Origin: an uncultured Bacteroidales bacterium
GTDB lineage: Bacteria > Bacteroidota > Bacteroidia > Bacteroidales > UBA10428
Assembly: GCA_964592225.1 (NCBI GenBank)
Contig: CAZQCO010000005.1
Coordinates: forward strand, 10,273-74,272
Direction: 5' to 3'
Length of the DNA stretch: 64,000 nt
The position numbers and the translations under genes are program-made. Positions 37,756-48,001 of this stretch are shown here, piece after piece. Under the pieces are notes generated by a model. That model was not told the DNA's origin and searched no databases. It saw only the letters and a list, made by a program, of their open reading frames with translations. Numbering within the stretch: position 1 is the stretch's first letter; every line of letters starts with the position of its first letter.

Positions 37756-38940
37756 ATGAAGCGTAACACAATTGTAAGTATCTCAGGAAAACAGGGACCA
37801 TTTGAAAACGTTAAAAATGCTTTAGCTGCACTTGATCTTACTCGCCTTAATGGAAAGCGGGTACTGATAAAACCAAATATTGGCCGGGCCGCCACCTATG
37901 GCCGCGGTTATAATACCCACCCTCAGGCAATTGCAGGTGTTATTGAAATGGTTATAAAAGCCGGGGCTAATAAAATTGTTATTGCTGAAAGTCCGCTTGT
38001 GGGGGTTGATACAATGGAAGCCTTTAAAAAAGGAGGAGTTACCGACGTTGCGAAAAAATATAAAGTTGATCTTATCGATCTGGATGCCTTCAAACCAATT
38101 TCGAAAAAGATTGCAAACGGACGCGTGCTGGAGAGTACAAAAGTTTGTTCGCCCATTTATGAATTCGACTATATCATTTCAGTACCAGTATCAAAAACCC
38201 ATATGCATACCGGTGTAACCCTGGGTATTAAGAATATGAAGGGTTGTCTTTACAGGCATGAAAAAGTAAGGTATCACCAGCTTGAATATCTCAATGAAGT
38301 ATACCCGGAAAAAACCCTCGATTCAGCCATCTCCGATCTGGCCACTATTCTCCTCCCTGATCTTACAGTGATTGACGGTTATATTGGTATGGAAGGTTTG
38401 GGACCATCGGGCGGTGTGGCAAAACAGTCCGATTTTTGTGTAGCTTCCTGGCACCCAATGGGAGCCGATGTTTACGGATGTTTGCTTATGGGCCTTAACC
38501 CGGAAGATATACCTCATCTGCGGCTGGTCTCAGAGCGCTGTAATATGCCTTTACATCCTGATTCCTATCAGGTAATACCTGAAAAATTTGAGAAGTATAT
38601 CTCCCCTTATCAGGTTCCACCTACCAATCTTTCCATTCAATTTGAAAATATCCGGATTTACGATAAGGAATCCTGTAGTGCATGCCAATCAACTTTAATG
38701 TTGTTCCTCCGAAGATTTAAAGACGATATGACACAATATGTGCTGCACGATGGTAAATTTCATATTGCTATCGGTAAAGGTGTGGATGATGCTATTGATG
38801 GAACAGTTTTTGTGGGAAATTGTACTCGATTTATGAAGGATAAGGGCGTGGTTGTTTTAGGATGCCCTCCGGTTCCAACACGAATTTATGAAGCTATTAC
38901 AGGCAGAGAACCCGATGAAAACGAACCTGAAGTGCAATAG
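37756..38940 (+). CDS. DUF362 domain protein
   Basis: 394 aa with 'VLIKPNIGRAA', 'SVPVSKTHMHTGVTLGIKN' and C-terminal Cys clusters (CSACQS, GNCT, GCPP). Confidence 0.72.
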   Translation: MKRNTIVSISGKQGPFENVKNALAALDLTRLNGKRVLIKPNIGRAATYGRGYNTHPQAIAGVIEMVIKAGANKIVIAESPLVGVDTMEAFKKGGVTDVAKKYKVDLIDLDAFKPISKKIANGRVLESTKVCSPIYEFDYIISVPVSKTHMHTGVTLGIKNMKGCLYRHEKVRYHQLEYLNEVYPEKTLDSAISDLATILLPDLTVIDGYIGMEGLGPSGGVAKQSDFCVASWHPMGADVYGCLLMGLNPEDIPHLRLVSERCNMPLHPDSYQVIPEKFEKYISPYQVPPTNLSIQFENIRIYDKESCSACQSTLMLFLRRFKDDMTQYVLHDGKFHIAIGKGVDDAIDGTVFVGNCTRFMKDKGVVVLGCPPVPTRIYEAITGREPDENEPEVQ

Positions 38941-39039
38941 AGAAATTTTTAGTAACATTCCTAATATATCTGATATTTCAAAAAGCTTATTTATTATTTT
39001 TATTAATCTAAACTGTCGTTGGATATAAAATAATTCCCT

Positions 39040-40314
39040 ATGAAACGTGTTCAACTAATCCTGCTCCTGAGCATCCTGGCTTTATCTTCTCTCTATCCGC
39101 AGTATGCTGATAAAGGATATACTAAATATGTCAAATGTATCGATCAGAATAATTTATCTAAAGCTCAAAAATTCTTAAATAAAGGATTTGATATCAATTC
39201 CCGCGATATCGACGGAAAGACTCCGTTCTTATACTGTTTACAACAGAATAAAGTAGATTTTGCCAGATTCTTTATCAATGCAGGTGCGAATATAAATCTC
39301 ACCGATTACCAGGGCAATACCTGTTTGCATTATGCTATAGAAAATTGTCAATCAGATAGTATTGTCTATAATTTAATTGAAAAAGGTGTCAATTTCAGGG
39401 TTATTAATAAAGAGGGTTATACCCCTTTACATTTCAGTATCCTTTATTCCTGTTACGAGCTGCCGTTTTATTTGATTGGTAAGGGTGCAGATTATCACCT
39501 GGTGACCGGTTTGAATGAAAGTACGTTGCACCTGTCGCTGGAATCGGGTTGCGATACATTATCCTATTTTCTGCTGGCTAATGATATCAATTTCCGTCAG
39601 CGGGATAATATGGGAAATACAGCCTTACTTGCTGCTCTGGATTTTCGGCGGCACAATCTGGCTATCAAACTGATTGAAATGGGTGCCGATATTCATGAAG
39701 TCAATACCAATAATTTCGATGCCCTATTATTTGCAGTATTGAATCAGGATACTGAAATCGTAAAACTACTTCTCGAAAAGGGAGCGAAAATTGAAAGACC
39801 TAATGATCAGGATCCCTTACTATATTTTGCTGCTAATCAGGGAAATGCCGATATAGTCGAATTACTCCTGCTTCATGGTGCCGAGATCCCCGACAGCTGT
39901 CAAAGAAATGATGAATACTACTTTACAGCTTTTATTTATGCTGTAAATGCCAACATTGTACCTGACAGTTTAAAAGCAGACTATTTGCAAAAAAGTCTTG
40001 ACCATTATGTTAAAGCGAAAGAAAAATATAAAAATGAACTTATTGACGTGATCGCTAAAAACACTGGACTTGTTTTTGCCGAAATACTCTTAACTGCCTC
40101 AGCCGCGCTTACCGACACGTATTATGATCCTGGTTTTGATTATGAAGCAGAGAAGAGATATTATTTGAAAAATCAGATTGAAAAATGTGAGGATAAAATT
40201 GCTGAATTAAAAATAGCTATCTACACCCTGACTTCGGATGATCAGGATGTGACATTTGATATTATAAACGAAGCTGACACCATAATCCAGCCAGACAGTA
40301 TACAATTAAAGTGA
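39040..40314 (+). CDS. Secreted ankyrin-repeat protein
   Basis: 424 aa with signal peptide MKRVQLILLLSILALSSLYPQYA. It has about 7-8 ANK units (e.g. DGKTPFLYCLQQNKVDFARFFINAGANIN, QGNTCLHYAIEN, EGYTPLHFSI, MGNTALLAAL). Confidence 0.85.
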   Translation: MKRVQLILLLSILALSSLYPQYADKGYTKYVKCIDQNNLSKAQKFLNKGFDINSRDIDGKTPFLYCLQQNKVDFARFFINAGANINLTDYQGNTCLHYAIENCQSDSIVYNLIEKGVNFRVINKEGYTPLHFSILYSCYELPFYLIGKGADYHLVTGLNESTLHLSLESGCDTLSYFLLANDINFRQRDNMGNTALLAALDFRRHNLAIKLIEMGADIHEVNTNNFDALLFAVLNQDTEIVKLLLEKGAKIERPNDQDPLLYFAANQGNADIVELLLLHGAEIPDSCQRNDEYYFTAFIYAVNANIVPDSLKADYLQKSLDHYVKAKEKYKNELIDVIAKNTGLVFAEILLTASAALTDTYYDPGFDYEAEKRYYLKNQIEKCEDKIAELKIAIYTLTSDDQDVTFDIINEADTIIQPDSIQLK

Positions 40315-40827
40315 AATACAAAGTTGCACACGTATAAGTGCTTTCCATATCCATTCATTCCGGTACCATGCATCGAGTGAAGTATCTTTAAACTCTCTCT
40401 TTTCTCTGACCTGGCATATCCAACCCATATCGGCATTAATAGCAAGCAAGCTGTTTATGTTAAAATCACGACCAGCGGACAAATTAATATAGGAATATTT
40501 AAAAATACGGTCGGCAGTAGTGTGTATGGAATAGGTAAATCCCTGGCGGGCATACCATACGGGCCGATTTGAGAAGTACGAATGCTTACCAAAACTAAAT
40601 AAATGATCAAAGTTCCAGGTGCGAATAATTGCAGATGTCAATCCGAGATCACCTCCATAGTAAAAACCCACTTGAGTCAACGGTGAATACTGGTACCTTA
40701 TTCCACCGTGAATAAATTCAGGGAAACCCAAACCACCAACAAAATCGAGCTTTGTTTTCAAAAGCTGGGCTGAAACAGTAATTGAAAAGAAAAATAGTAG
40801 GATCAGTAGAGCAATATTTTTTCTCAT
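40306..40827 (-). CDS. Hypothetical secreted / outer-membrane beta-rich protein
   Basis: 173 aa with signal peptide MRKNIALLILLFFFSITVSAQ and alternating aromatic/Gly beta-strand-like segments. Its 3' end overlaps the ankyrin gene by 9 nt in convergent orientation. Confidence 0.45.
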   Translation of the reverse strand: MRKNIALLILLFFFSITVSAQLLKTKLDFVGGLGFPEFIHGGIRYQYSPLTQVGFYYGGDLGLTSAIIRTWNFDHLFSFGKHSYFSNRPVWYARQGFTYSIHTTADRIFKYSYINLSAGRDFNINSLLAINADMGWICQVREKREFKDTSLDAWYRNEWIWKALIRVQLCISL

Positions 40828-40843
40828 AATTCACCTAAAGCAT

Positions 40844-41623
40844 TTAATTCATGTCAAATTTCTTGGCTTCTTCCCAGATAGTATTCATTTCATTAAGGGT
40901 CATATCCTTTAACGAACGTCCCTTTTTTAGCGTTTGACTTTCTAAGTAGTCAAACCTTTTAATAAATTTCCGGTTGGTTTTTTCAAGGGCCGTTTCAGGA
41001 TCCACATTATATAAACGTGCGGCATTTACAACAGAAAATAATAAATCGCCAAATTCCTTTTCAATCTCCTCCTGATTCTTTGCTATTACCTGTTCCTGAA
41101 GTTCCTGTAATTCCTCCGCTACTTTGTCCCAAATTTGTTCCTTAACATCCCAGTCGAAACCAACCGCACGAACCTTATCCTGGATACGATTAGCTTTGAT
41201 GAGTGCAGGAAGTAAGCTGGGTACGCCCGCCAGTACCGATTTATTGCCTTCTCTTTGCTTCAATTCCTCCCAGTTTTTCTTCACATTTTCACTACTTCCT
41301 TGTACATCTACATCTCCAAAAATATGCGGATGACGGAAAATAAGCTTTTCACAAAGGCAATCTATGATATCTTTTATATCAAAGGCATTTTTCTCCGAGG
41401 CAATTTTTGCATAGAAAACAATATGAAGTAACAAATCGCCTAACTCTTTCTTCATTTCCGGCAGGTCATTCTCCATAATGGACTCGGCAAGTTCATAGGT
41501 TTCCTCAATGGTTAAATTGCGAAGCGATTCAAAAGTCTGCTCCTTGTCCCATGGACATTTCGCCCGCAATTCGTCCATAATATCCAGTAATTTTTCAAAA
41601 GATTCAAGTTGTTCTTTTCTCAT
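40844..41623 (-). CDS. mazG: Nucleoside triphosphate pyrophosphohydrolase MazG
   Basis: 259 aa with tandem MazG domains: 'CPWDKEQTFESLRNLTIEETYEL', 'ELGDLLLHIVFYA' and 'EFGDLLFSVVNAARL'. Confidence 0.9.
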   Translation of the reverse strand: MRKEQLESFEKLLDIMDELRAKCPWDKEQTFESLRNLTIEETYELAESIMENDLPEMKKELGDLLLHIVFYAKIASEKNAFDIKDIIDCLCEKLIFRHPHIFGDVDVQGSSENVKKNWEELKQREGNKSVLAGVPSLLPALIKANRIQDKVRAVGFDWDVKEQIWDKVAEELQELQEQVIAKNQEEIEKEFGDLLFSVVNAARLYNVDPETALEKTNRKFIKRFDYLESQTLKKGRSLKDMTLNEMNTIWEEAKKFDMN

Positions 41624-41632
41624 GATTTTATG

Positions 41633-42445
41633 CTATCCGCCTGTCAGTGTTAATTTACTAACTGGTTTTTCATCGTAAAATTTTATGCGAATTGCAGAGT
41701 TGATCGCCAGATTGAGTAAATCGGCCGCATTTCCATTGTTGATTGCAATTTCAAGAAGCCCGATTGAATTGAACAAAGCAAGTAATTCACCCGAAATGGA
41801 ATCGGAATAAGTAGTATTGATTTTATCAAGCTTATAATGATTACTTTGTATAAAAATTTCGAAGGCTTTTCCCTGTCCCACCTTTTCAAAAGTTTCTTTC
41901 GAAACATTAGTAATAGCATTGGAAAATGAATCGACATAAATTACACTTCCGTTGATCAGATTCTTTTCAATAACCGGTCTGTAGGGTATCTGAGATTCGA
42001 ACCTGGTAATGGTATCAACAAAAGTTTCATACTCAATGCCCTTTATAATATTTATAGCAGTATCAATAAATAAATCAAGGCTCAGAAAATTAGTAACATT
42101 CTTGTTATTTTTTACCTTAAATATTTTATCAGGTTTCTCTCCGGAGAGTAAACCAACAATACCGTTATCGGGAGCAATAAAAATTTGTTTGTTAATCTCA
42201 AATACCAATAACGAATGTTTGGGCCCGAGTGCTGCATTAACAGCTATCAAATGAATGGTGCCGTTAGGAAAATTAAAACAACAATTCCTTACAATAAATG
42301 CTGCCTGCATCAGATTAAATGGCTGTACCTGATGGCTGATATCAACGATCTGAATTGATGCATCAATGGAAAGGATTTTACCCTTTACGGTACCTACATA
42401 ATAATCGCTTTTGTTCCAATCGGTTGTAAGTGTAATAATAGCCAT
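41633..42445 (-). CDS. SAM hydroxide adenosyltransferase / DUF62 family protein
   Basis: 270 aa. 'IITLTTDWNKSDYYVGTVKGKI' corresponds to the TDFG..D.YVG..KG motif. The size and two-domain layout fit. Confidence 0.78.
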   Translation of the reverse strand: MAIITLTTDWNKSDYYVGTVKGKILSIDASIQIVDISHQVQPFNLMQAAFIVRNCCFNFPNGTIHLIAVNAALGPKHSLLVFEINKQIFIAPDNGIVGLLSGEKPDKIFKVKNNKNVTNFLSLDLFIDTAINIIKGIEYETFVDTITRFESQIPYRPVIEKNLINGSVIYVDSFSNAITNVSKETFEKVGQGKAFEIFIQSNHYKLDKINTTYSDSISGELLALFNSIGLLEIAINNGNAADLLNLAINSAIRIKFYDEKPVSKLTLTGG

Positions 42446-42539
42446 CTAACAAGTTATGCAGGTTTGGTGATTAATTGTTAATCTAAAAAAATGACTTTAC
42501 TTTGTAAAGCTTAAAAGTACATATTATTGTTAAATTTTT

Positions 42540-43502
42540 ATGATCGAAAAGTCGATATATTTGGAGGGCATTGATCCTATTAATCTTTACGGTGCCAATA
42601 ATGTCTTACTCAATCGCATAACCTCCAATTATCCTAAACTCCGGATCGTAGCAAGAGGTAACGAAGTTATAGCAATAGGTGATGAAAATGAGATTCTAAG
42701 CTTCGAGGAAAAACTTGCCGGCCTGATCTCCTTTTTTCAAAAATACAATAAACTAACACTTGCCGATCTCGATGAGTTACTGGCCTCGACTAATACTGCA
42801 TGGATTCATTCAAAAACAGAAAATAGTGATATTCTTGTTTATGGAAATCACGGACGAGAAATAAAAGCAACATCCGTTAATCAGCAAAAGCTTGTTGAAG
42901 AATATGAGAAAAATGATTTGGTCTTTGCCCTGGGACCTGCAGGTACCGGTAAAACATATACCGCCATTGCACTTGCAGTCAGGGCCCTTCGAAATAAAGA
43001 AGTCAGAAGAATTATACTTTGCCGGCCGGCAGTTGAAGCCGGGGAAAGTCTTGGCTTTCTACCTGGTGATATGAAAGAGAAACTGGATCCCTATCTGCAA
43101 CCTTTATACGATGCACTCAGGGACATGATTCCTCCAAAACGATTAGTGACCTATATTGAAGAAGGTACCATTGAAATAGCTCCACTGGCCTATATGAGAG
43201 GACGAACTCTCGACCATGCTTTTGTTATTTTTGATGAAGGGCAGAATACAACTGTGAACCAAATGAAAATGTTTCTGACCCGTATGGGAAAAAATGCTAA
43301 ATTTATCATCACGGGCGATACTACACAAATTGATCTTCCGGCTAAGCAATATTCAGGTTTGCTTAAGGCTCTCGAAATTTTAAAAAATGTTTCGGGAATA
43401 GGAGTAGTTAATTTCGACATGCGGGATGTTGTAAGGCATAAACTTGTTAAACTTATCATTCAGGCATACAATAAATCGCAAAAAAACGAGGAAGTAAAAT
43501 AA
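42540..43502 (+). CDS. phoH: PhoH family ATPase
   Basis: 320 aa with Walker A 'GPAGTGKTYTA', 'RPAVEAGESLGFLPGD' and 'FVIFDEGQN'. Confidence 0.92.
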   Translation: MIEKSIYLEGIDPINLYGANNVLLNRITSNYPKLRIVARGNEVIAIGDENEILSFEEKLAGLISFFQKYNKLTLADLDELLASTNTAWIHSKTENSDILVYGNHGREIKATSVNQQKLVEEYEKNDLVFALGPAGTGKTYTAIALAVRALRNKEVRRIILCRPAVEAGESLGFLPGDMKEKLDPYLQPLYDALRDMIPPKRLVTYIEEGTIEIAPLAYMRGRTLDHAFVIFDEGQNTTVNQMKMFLTRMGKNAKFIITGDTTQIDLPAKQYSGLLKALEILKNVSGIGVVNFDMRDVVRHKLVKLIIQAYNKSQKNEEVK

Positions 43503-43517
43503 TAACTATTAGACTTT

Positions 43518-44468
43518 ATGACTATGCAGGCATTAACCCAAACCAACTTTAATTTCAAAGGGCAGAAGAATATTTATCACGGTAAAGTTCGCGATGTCTA
43601 TAATATCGATGATAAATTACTGGTGATGGTTGTTTCTGATCGAATATCTGCATTCGATGTGGTACTTCCCAGGGGCATACCCTATAAAGGGCAGGTTCTT
43701 AACCAGATAGCTTTGAAATTTCTGGATGCTACTTCCGATATTGTACCTAACTGGAAAATTGCTTCGCCAGATCCTATGGTCACTGTTGGTCATTTTGCCG
43801 AACCCTATAAAGTTGAAATGGTAATCAGGGGGTATCTTACCGGACATGCCTGGCGCGAATACCGTGATGGTAAGCGCTTGTTGTGCGGTATACCTCTCGC
43901 CGAAGGCATGAGTGAGAGTCAGAAATTCGACAAACCCATAATTACGCCTACAACAAAAGCAGAAACGGGACATGACGAGGATTTATCGCGTGAAGAAATC
44001 ATTTCAAAGGGTTTGATACCGGAAAATGAATATACCCAGTTGGAGGATTATACTTATAAACTCTTTGAGCGGGGCACCCGGATAGCTGAAAATATGGGAC
44101 TCATCCTGGTGGATACTAAATATGAATTCGGGAAAAAAGAGGGCAAAATCTATCTTATTGATGAAATTAATACGCCCGATTCTTCCAGGTACTTTTATAA
44201 AGACGGATATGAAGAACGCTTTAAAAATGGTCAGCAACAAAAACAATTATCAAAAGAATTTGTGCGCCAGTGGCTTATCAGTAATGGATTTCAGGGAAAG
44301 GAGGGACAATCGGCACCCGAAATGTCTGACGATTTTATACATGAAGTAAGTGACAGATATATTGAATTGTTTGAAAATATTACAGGTGATGAATTCGTTA
44401 AAGCTGATATAAAAAATCTGGAAAAGAGAATTGAAGACAATATCAATCATTTTCTCTCTAAAATATAA
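43518..44468 (+). CDS. purC: Phosphoribosylaminoimidazole-succinocarboxamide synthase (long form)
   Basis: 316 aa with 'YHGKVRDVY', 'VSDRISAFD' and 'LVDTKYEFG'. Confidence 0.92.
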   Translation: MTMQALTQTNFNFKGQKNIYHGKVRDVYNIDDKLLVMVVSDRISAFDVVLPRGIPYKGQVLNQIALKFLDATSDIVPNWKIASPDPMVTVGHFAEPYKVEMVIRGYLTGHAWREYRDGKRLLCGIPLAEGMSESQKFDKPIITPTTKAETGHDEDLSREEIISKGLIPENEYTQLEDYTYKLFERGTRIAENMGLILVDTKYEFGKKEGKIYLIDEINTPDSSRYFYKDGYEERFKNGQQQKQLSKEFVRQWLISNGFQGKEGQSAPEMSDDFIHEVSDRYIELFENITGDEFVKADIKNLEKRIEDNINHFLSKI

Positions 44469-44529
44469 TCAGATAGTGTAGTAATCTATTACAAGATATC
44501 AAAAACGAATTACAATCCTTACAGCACAG

Positions 44530-46485
44530 ATGATGAATAAATCATACAAATGTTTCTGGTTCGCGACATGTTTTATTTTTATTTTTCTTCTTCCTGCCTA
44601 TAATCAGTTTGAAACTTCTCCGGTCGAAAAATCAGATCAGAAAATTCGTTATCAGGGAAAGACTTATTACATCCATACTGTCAAACAAGGAAATACTTTG
44701 TATTCAATATGTAAAGCCTATGCAGTTACTCAGGACGATATCTCCCTGGCTAATCCCGATGCAATTCTCAGTCCTTTATCAGTAGGCCTTGTTCTGAAAA
44801 TTCCTGTTCATGAAGTATTATCACCTTCCGCAACAGAAGCCAATGCTACATCGGATCAATCTGATAATAACTTTATCTTCCATACAGTTCAATCCAAGGA
44901 AAATCCCTTTTTCCTGCATCAAAAATATAATGTCCCCCTCGAAGAAATTTACAGGTACAATCCGGGTTCGGAAGATGGTATCCAGATTGGACAAGTTATT
45001 AAAATACCCAAAAAGCACTTGTACGATAAAATAGATTTTCAACCTGAAATTTCTCAGGAAGGAGTGAAAAGGTACACAGTAAAACAAGGTGATACACTAT
45101 ACAGAATCGCACAAATCTATAATATAACTATTGGAGATATTCTTAATGCCAATGAAGAACTTAGATGGGGATTGAAGGCAGGCCAAGTTATTAATATTCC
45201 TGTAATTACCGAAATCATTGGTACCTCAATTACATTACCTGATACTGTTTTTATGGTTTCTTCCAGATCCCGTTTAAGTTATTATCAGTGCGATTCGATT
45301 GCAACATTAAAAAGAATGCGACCCCCGGTAAAGGTTGCTTTGCTATTACCTTTCTATGCTAGTGAAAACTTCGATTTGGATATAAGTACCTCATCCGATA
45401 TTCTTTCAGAAACAGATAGGGAAAAACCAAAAGCATACAAAGGACGTGCAGCAGCAGAAATTTATGAAGGCATGTTATTGGCTCTCGATTCACTAAAAAA
45501 ATCCAATCATAGCGTTAGCCTTTTTGTATACGATACCGAGGCAGATACTAATAAAATTAAAAAAATCCTTAGTGATCTTGATATTATTGAACCCGATTTA
45601 ATAATCGGCCCTCTTGCTCCGGATAATATTAAAATTGTATCACTTTACTCATTCGAAAGAAAAATACCCTTTGTTCTCCCATTAGCTCCGGACGAATCTG
45701 ATTTGAAGACTAATCCCTTTCTTTTTAAAGTCATCCCCACCGATCTTATTCTTTACGAACAGTACATAAAATACCTATCAACACTAAATGAAAGAAATTT
45801 CATACTCATTTCAAAAAACAATCTGAAACAGAATGAAGAAGTAACTCTCTTTAAGAATATGCTATTGCATCAATTGAATCAAAAACCCGGCTTAAATTCT
45901 GTTTCTATTGAGGAAGTTTTTATTGACGATTTATTACAAACCAATCTGAGTGAAATTCTTTTACCCGATACCTTAAACAACGTAATAGTTTTCTCATCAT
46001 ACGAACCCGATGTAATTAATGCTCTTGCACATTTGCATTTTCTTCTTCGCGACTACCCCATCAGGGTTTTTGGATTTCCTGCCTGGCAAAAATTCGATAA
46101 TATAAGAATAGATGTTGTTCATGAATTACAGGTTACTTTGTATTCGCCATTTTTCATCGATTATACCGAAAATTCCGTAATGGCATTTGTTCAAAAATGT
46201 CGGGAGGAGTTACATTCAGAACCTTTTAAAACTACCGGCAAAGGAAATGGAATTAACTATACATACCTGGGATACGACCTGGCTATGTATTACATACAGG
46301 CTATAAATAAGTATGAGGATAATATGTGCGATTGTATTGAATACTACAATAATCCTCTTTTGCTCTCCGATTATAATTTTAAGCGCATCAATCCTCAGGA
46401 AGGTTTTATAAATACAAGTACAAGTTTTGTGACTTACAGTAAAGATTATAATGTTACTAAAATTCGGACACCCCGAGAGGAATAA
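44530..46485 (+). CDS. LysM-domain protein fused to a periplasmic-binding-protein (type 1)-like domain
   Basis: 651 aa with a signal peptide. Three LysM-like units (YIHTVKQGNTLYSICKAY, IFHTVQSKENPFFLHQKY, YTVKQGDTLYRIAQIY) are followed by a roughly 380-aa alpha/beta domain. Confidence 0.78.
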   Translation: MMNKSYKCFWFATCFIFIFLLPAYNQFETSPVEKSDQKIRYQGKTYYIHTVKQGNTLYSICKAYAVTQDDISLANPDAILSPLSVGLVLKIPVHEVLSPSATEANATSDQSDNNFIFHTVQSKENPFFLHQKYNVPLEEIYRYNPGSEDGIQIGQVIKIPKKHLYDKIDFQPEISQEGVKRYTVKQGDTLYRIAQIYNITIGDILNANEELRWGLKAGQVINIPVITEIIGTSITLPDTVFMVSSRSRLSYYQCDSIATLKRMRPPVKVALLLPFYASENFDLDISTSSDILSETDREKPKAYKGRAAAEIYEGMLLALDSLKKSNHSVSLFVYDTEADTNKIKKILSDLDIIEPDLIIGPLAPDNIKIVSLYSFERKIPFVLPLAPDESDLKTNPFLFKVIPTDLILYEQYIKYLSTLNERNFILISKNNLKQNEEVTLFKNMLLHQLNQKPGLNSVSIEEVFIDDLLQTNLSEILLPDTLNNVIVFSSYEPDVINALAHLHFLLRDYPIRVFGFPAWQKFDNIRIDVVHELQVTLYSPFFIDYTENSVMAFVQKCREELHSEPFKTTGKGNGINYTYLGYDLAMYYIQAINKYEDNMCDCIEYYNNPLLLSDYNFKRINPQEGFINTSTSFVTYSKDYNVTKIRTPREE

Positions 46486-46521
46486 AACTGCATTACGGTA
46501 GTATTTCGGGATTTAATTTTC

Positions 46522-47046
46522 TCAAATTATCTGATTATTGTAAAGTAAAATAATAAGTATGAAGATCATACTGAACATTCCTAATGAAAATACTGCCGTC
46601 CTTAATTGTTTCTGTTTCCGGCAAGTCAATTGATAAGAGTTAATAAGTTTATCCAATCTCCTGACCATACGTTCTAAACCTGATTTGCTCTTGACAATAT
46701 AATCATAGGCTCCTGCGCGTATTGAGTCTACAGCAACATCAAGGTTTGTACTCGATGAAAGAAATATAAAACGCGTATTGGGGAAATGTGACAAACCATA
46801 AGCACGTACAAAATCTAAACCTGTAAGTTTATTCTCACCCATCAGATGATCGAGAATTATGATGTCGGGTTGAATTTTTTCAGAGATCAATTGTTCGCAA
46901 CTGTCCGAAGTAGTTATCTTACCATCTCCAAGTACACGAATAAATCCTTCTATGACTTTTCGATAGGCCGAATTTTTATCGATAATATGTATCAGCGGTC
47001 GCTTTCTGTTTTTCATCCCAGGTAAACATTCTAATAATCGTTTCAA
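46522..47046 (-). CDS. Stand-alone receiver (REC) domain protein with a C-terminal TM anchor
   Basis: REC features 'LIHIIDKN', 'DIIILDHLM' (phospho-acceptor Asp), 'FIFLSSS' and 'DYIVKS'. The C-terminus 'AVFSLGMFSMIFILIILLY' is hydrophobic. The likely true start is Met11 (47016). Confidence 0.75.
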   Translation of the reverse strand: MKRLLECLPGMKNRKRPLIHIIDKNSAYRKVIEGFIRVLGDGKITTSDSCEQLISEKIQPDIIILDHLMGENKLTGLDFVRAYGLSHFPNTRFIFLSSSTNLDVAVDSIRAGAYDYIVKSKSGLERMVRRLDKLINSYQLTCRKQKQLRTAVFSLGMFSMIFILIILLYNNQII

Positions 47047-47252
47047 AAATAACAGATAGAATTTCCTGAACGAAAAAATTACGACCGTATTTGATTAACG
47101 CACTGAATGCAGGCACCAATATCAAGTTTTCTTCAATAACCATTATGAATGATGGAACAAATCTTGTCGAATACTTAACTTTCGTCACATGATTCGTCAC
47201 GAATCCCGGGTACAAGATATAATTATACCGGATATTAGTACGGGCTGTAATT

Positions 47253-47993
47253 TTAAATTAAGTCGGCAGCCAACGAATCAAGATACCAGTCGAGTGTGCC
47301 ATTTTTCGGAACAATTTTGGCAGCAGGATATTTTTTTGAAGGAGGTTCATTATTGATAATACTGCCGACAATTCCCTGTTTCTCTTCTCCTGTAGCCATG
47401 AATGTCACACGGCGAGCCATATTAATCACGGTACCCGTTAGTGTAATACGCTGCTGTTCCGATTCAGGATGTACCGACACGCAACATATTTTAGGGGAGT
47501 TTATTAATTCAATATGGTTTGGAAAAATCGACGCCGTATGGCCATCATCTCCCACACCTAAAAAAATCCAATCGAAAATTGGCAGACCACTTTTTGAAGG
47601 CACCAACTGAAGTATTAGCTGTGAATATCGTTCTGCTTCCTCTTCCGGATTATTTTCTGCTTCTATTCTGTGAATATTACCTTCAGGAATATTAATCAGG
47701 CTAAACAGTACTTCGTTTGCACTCCCGAAGTTACTGTCTTCATGCGTTGGTGGCACACATCGTTCATCACCCCAAAAAAAGTGAATTTTTTTCCAGTCGA
47801 CCTTATTCTTTTTCTGCTGATCAAATTGACTTAGATTCTGGAAAAACAACATAGGTGTTGATCCCCCTGACAGAGCGATATACAGTGTGTTTTTAGTAAG
47901 AAATAAATTATTAACATACCGGTAAAACTCTTCGGCAAGTGAATCAGCCATTATTTCAGGCTTTGTAAATATGCGTATATTAGGTTCCATCAA
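47253..47993 (-). CDS. pgl: 6-phosphogluconolactonase
   Basis: 246 aa with 'IALSGGSTP' and 'FWGDERCVP' motifs, immediately downstream of zwf. Confidence 0.9.
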   Translation of the reverse strand: MMEPNIRIFTKPEIMADSLAEEFYRYVNNLFLTKNTLYIALSGGSTPMLFFQNLSQFDQQKKNKVDWKKIHFFWGDERCVPPTHEDSNFGSANEVLFSLINIPEGNIHRIEAENNPEEEAERYSQLILQLVPSKSGLPIFDWIFLGVGDDGHTASIFPNHIELINSPKICCVSVHPESEQQRITLTGTVINMARRVTFMATGEEKQGIVGSIINNEPPSKKYPAAKIVPKNGTLDWYLDSLAADLI

Positions 47994-48001
47994 CTTGTAA
48001 A

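Noticed and set aside
42488-42512. Small palindrome ctttac-ttt-gtaaag between the divergent DUF62 and phoH genes
   Set aside because: A 6-bp stem in an AT-rich divergent promoter region is too weak to call as an operator without comparative data.
46976-47215. 79-aa minus-strand ORF between pgl and the REC-domain gene
   Set aside because: It overlaps the receiver gene by 41-71 nt depending on the start chosen, and I recognised no motif. Its composition is protein-like, so it is flagged in the REC finding rather than called as a gene.
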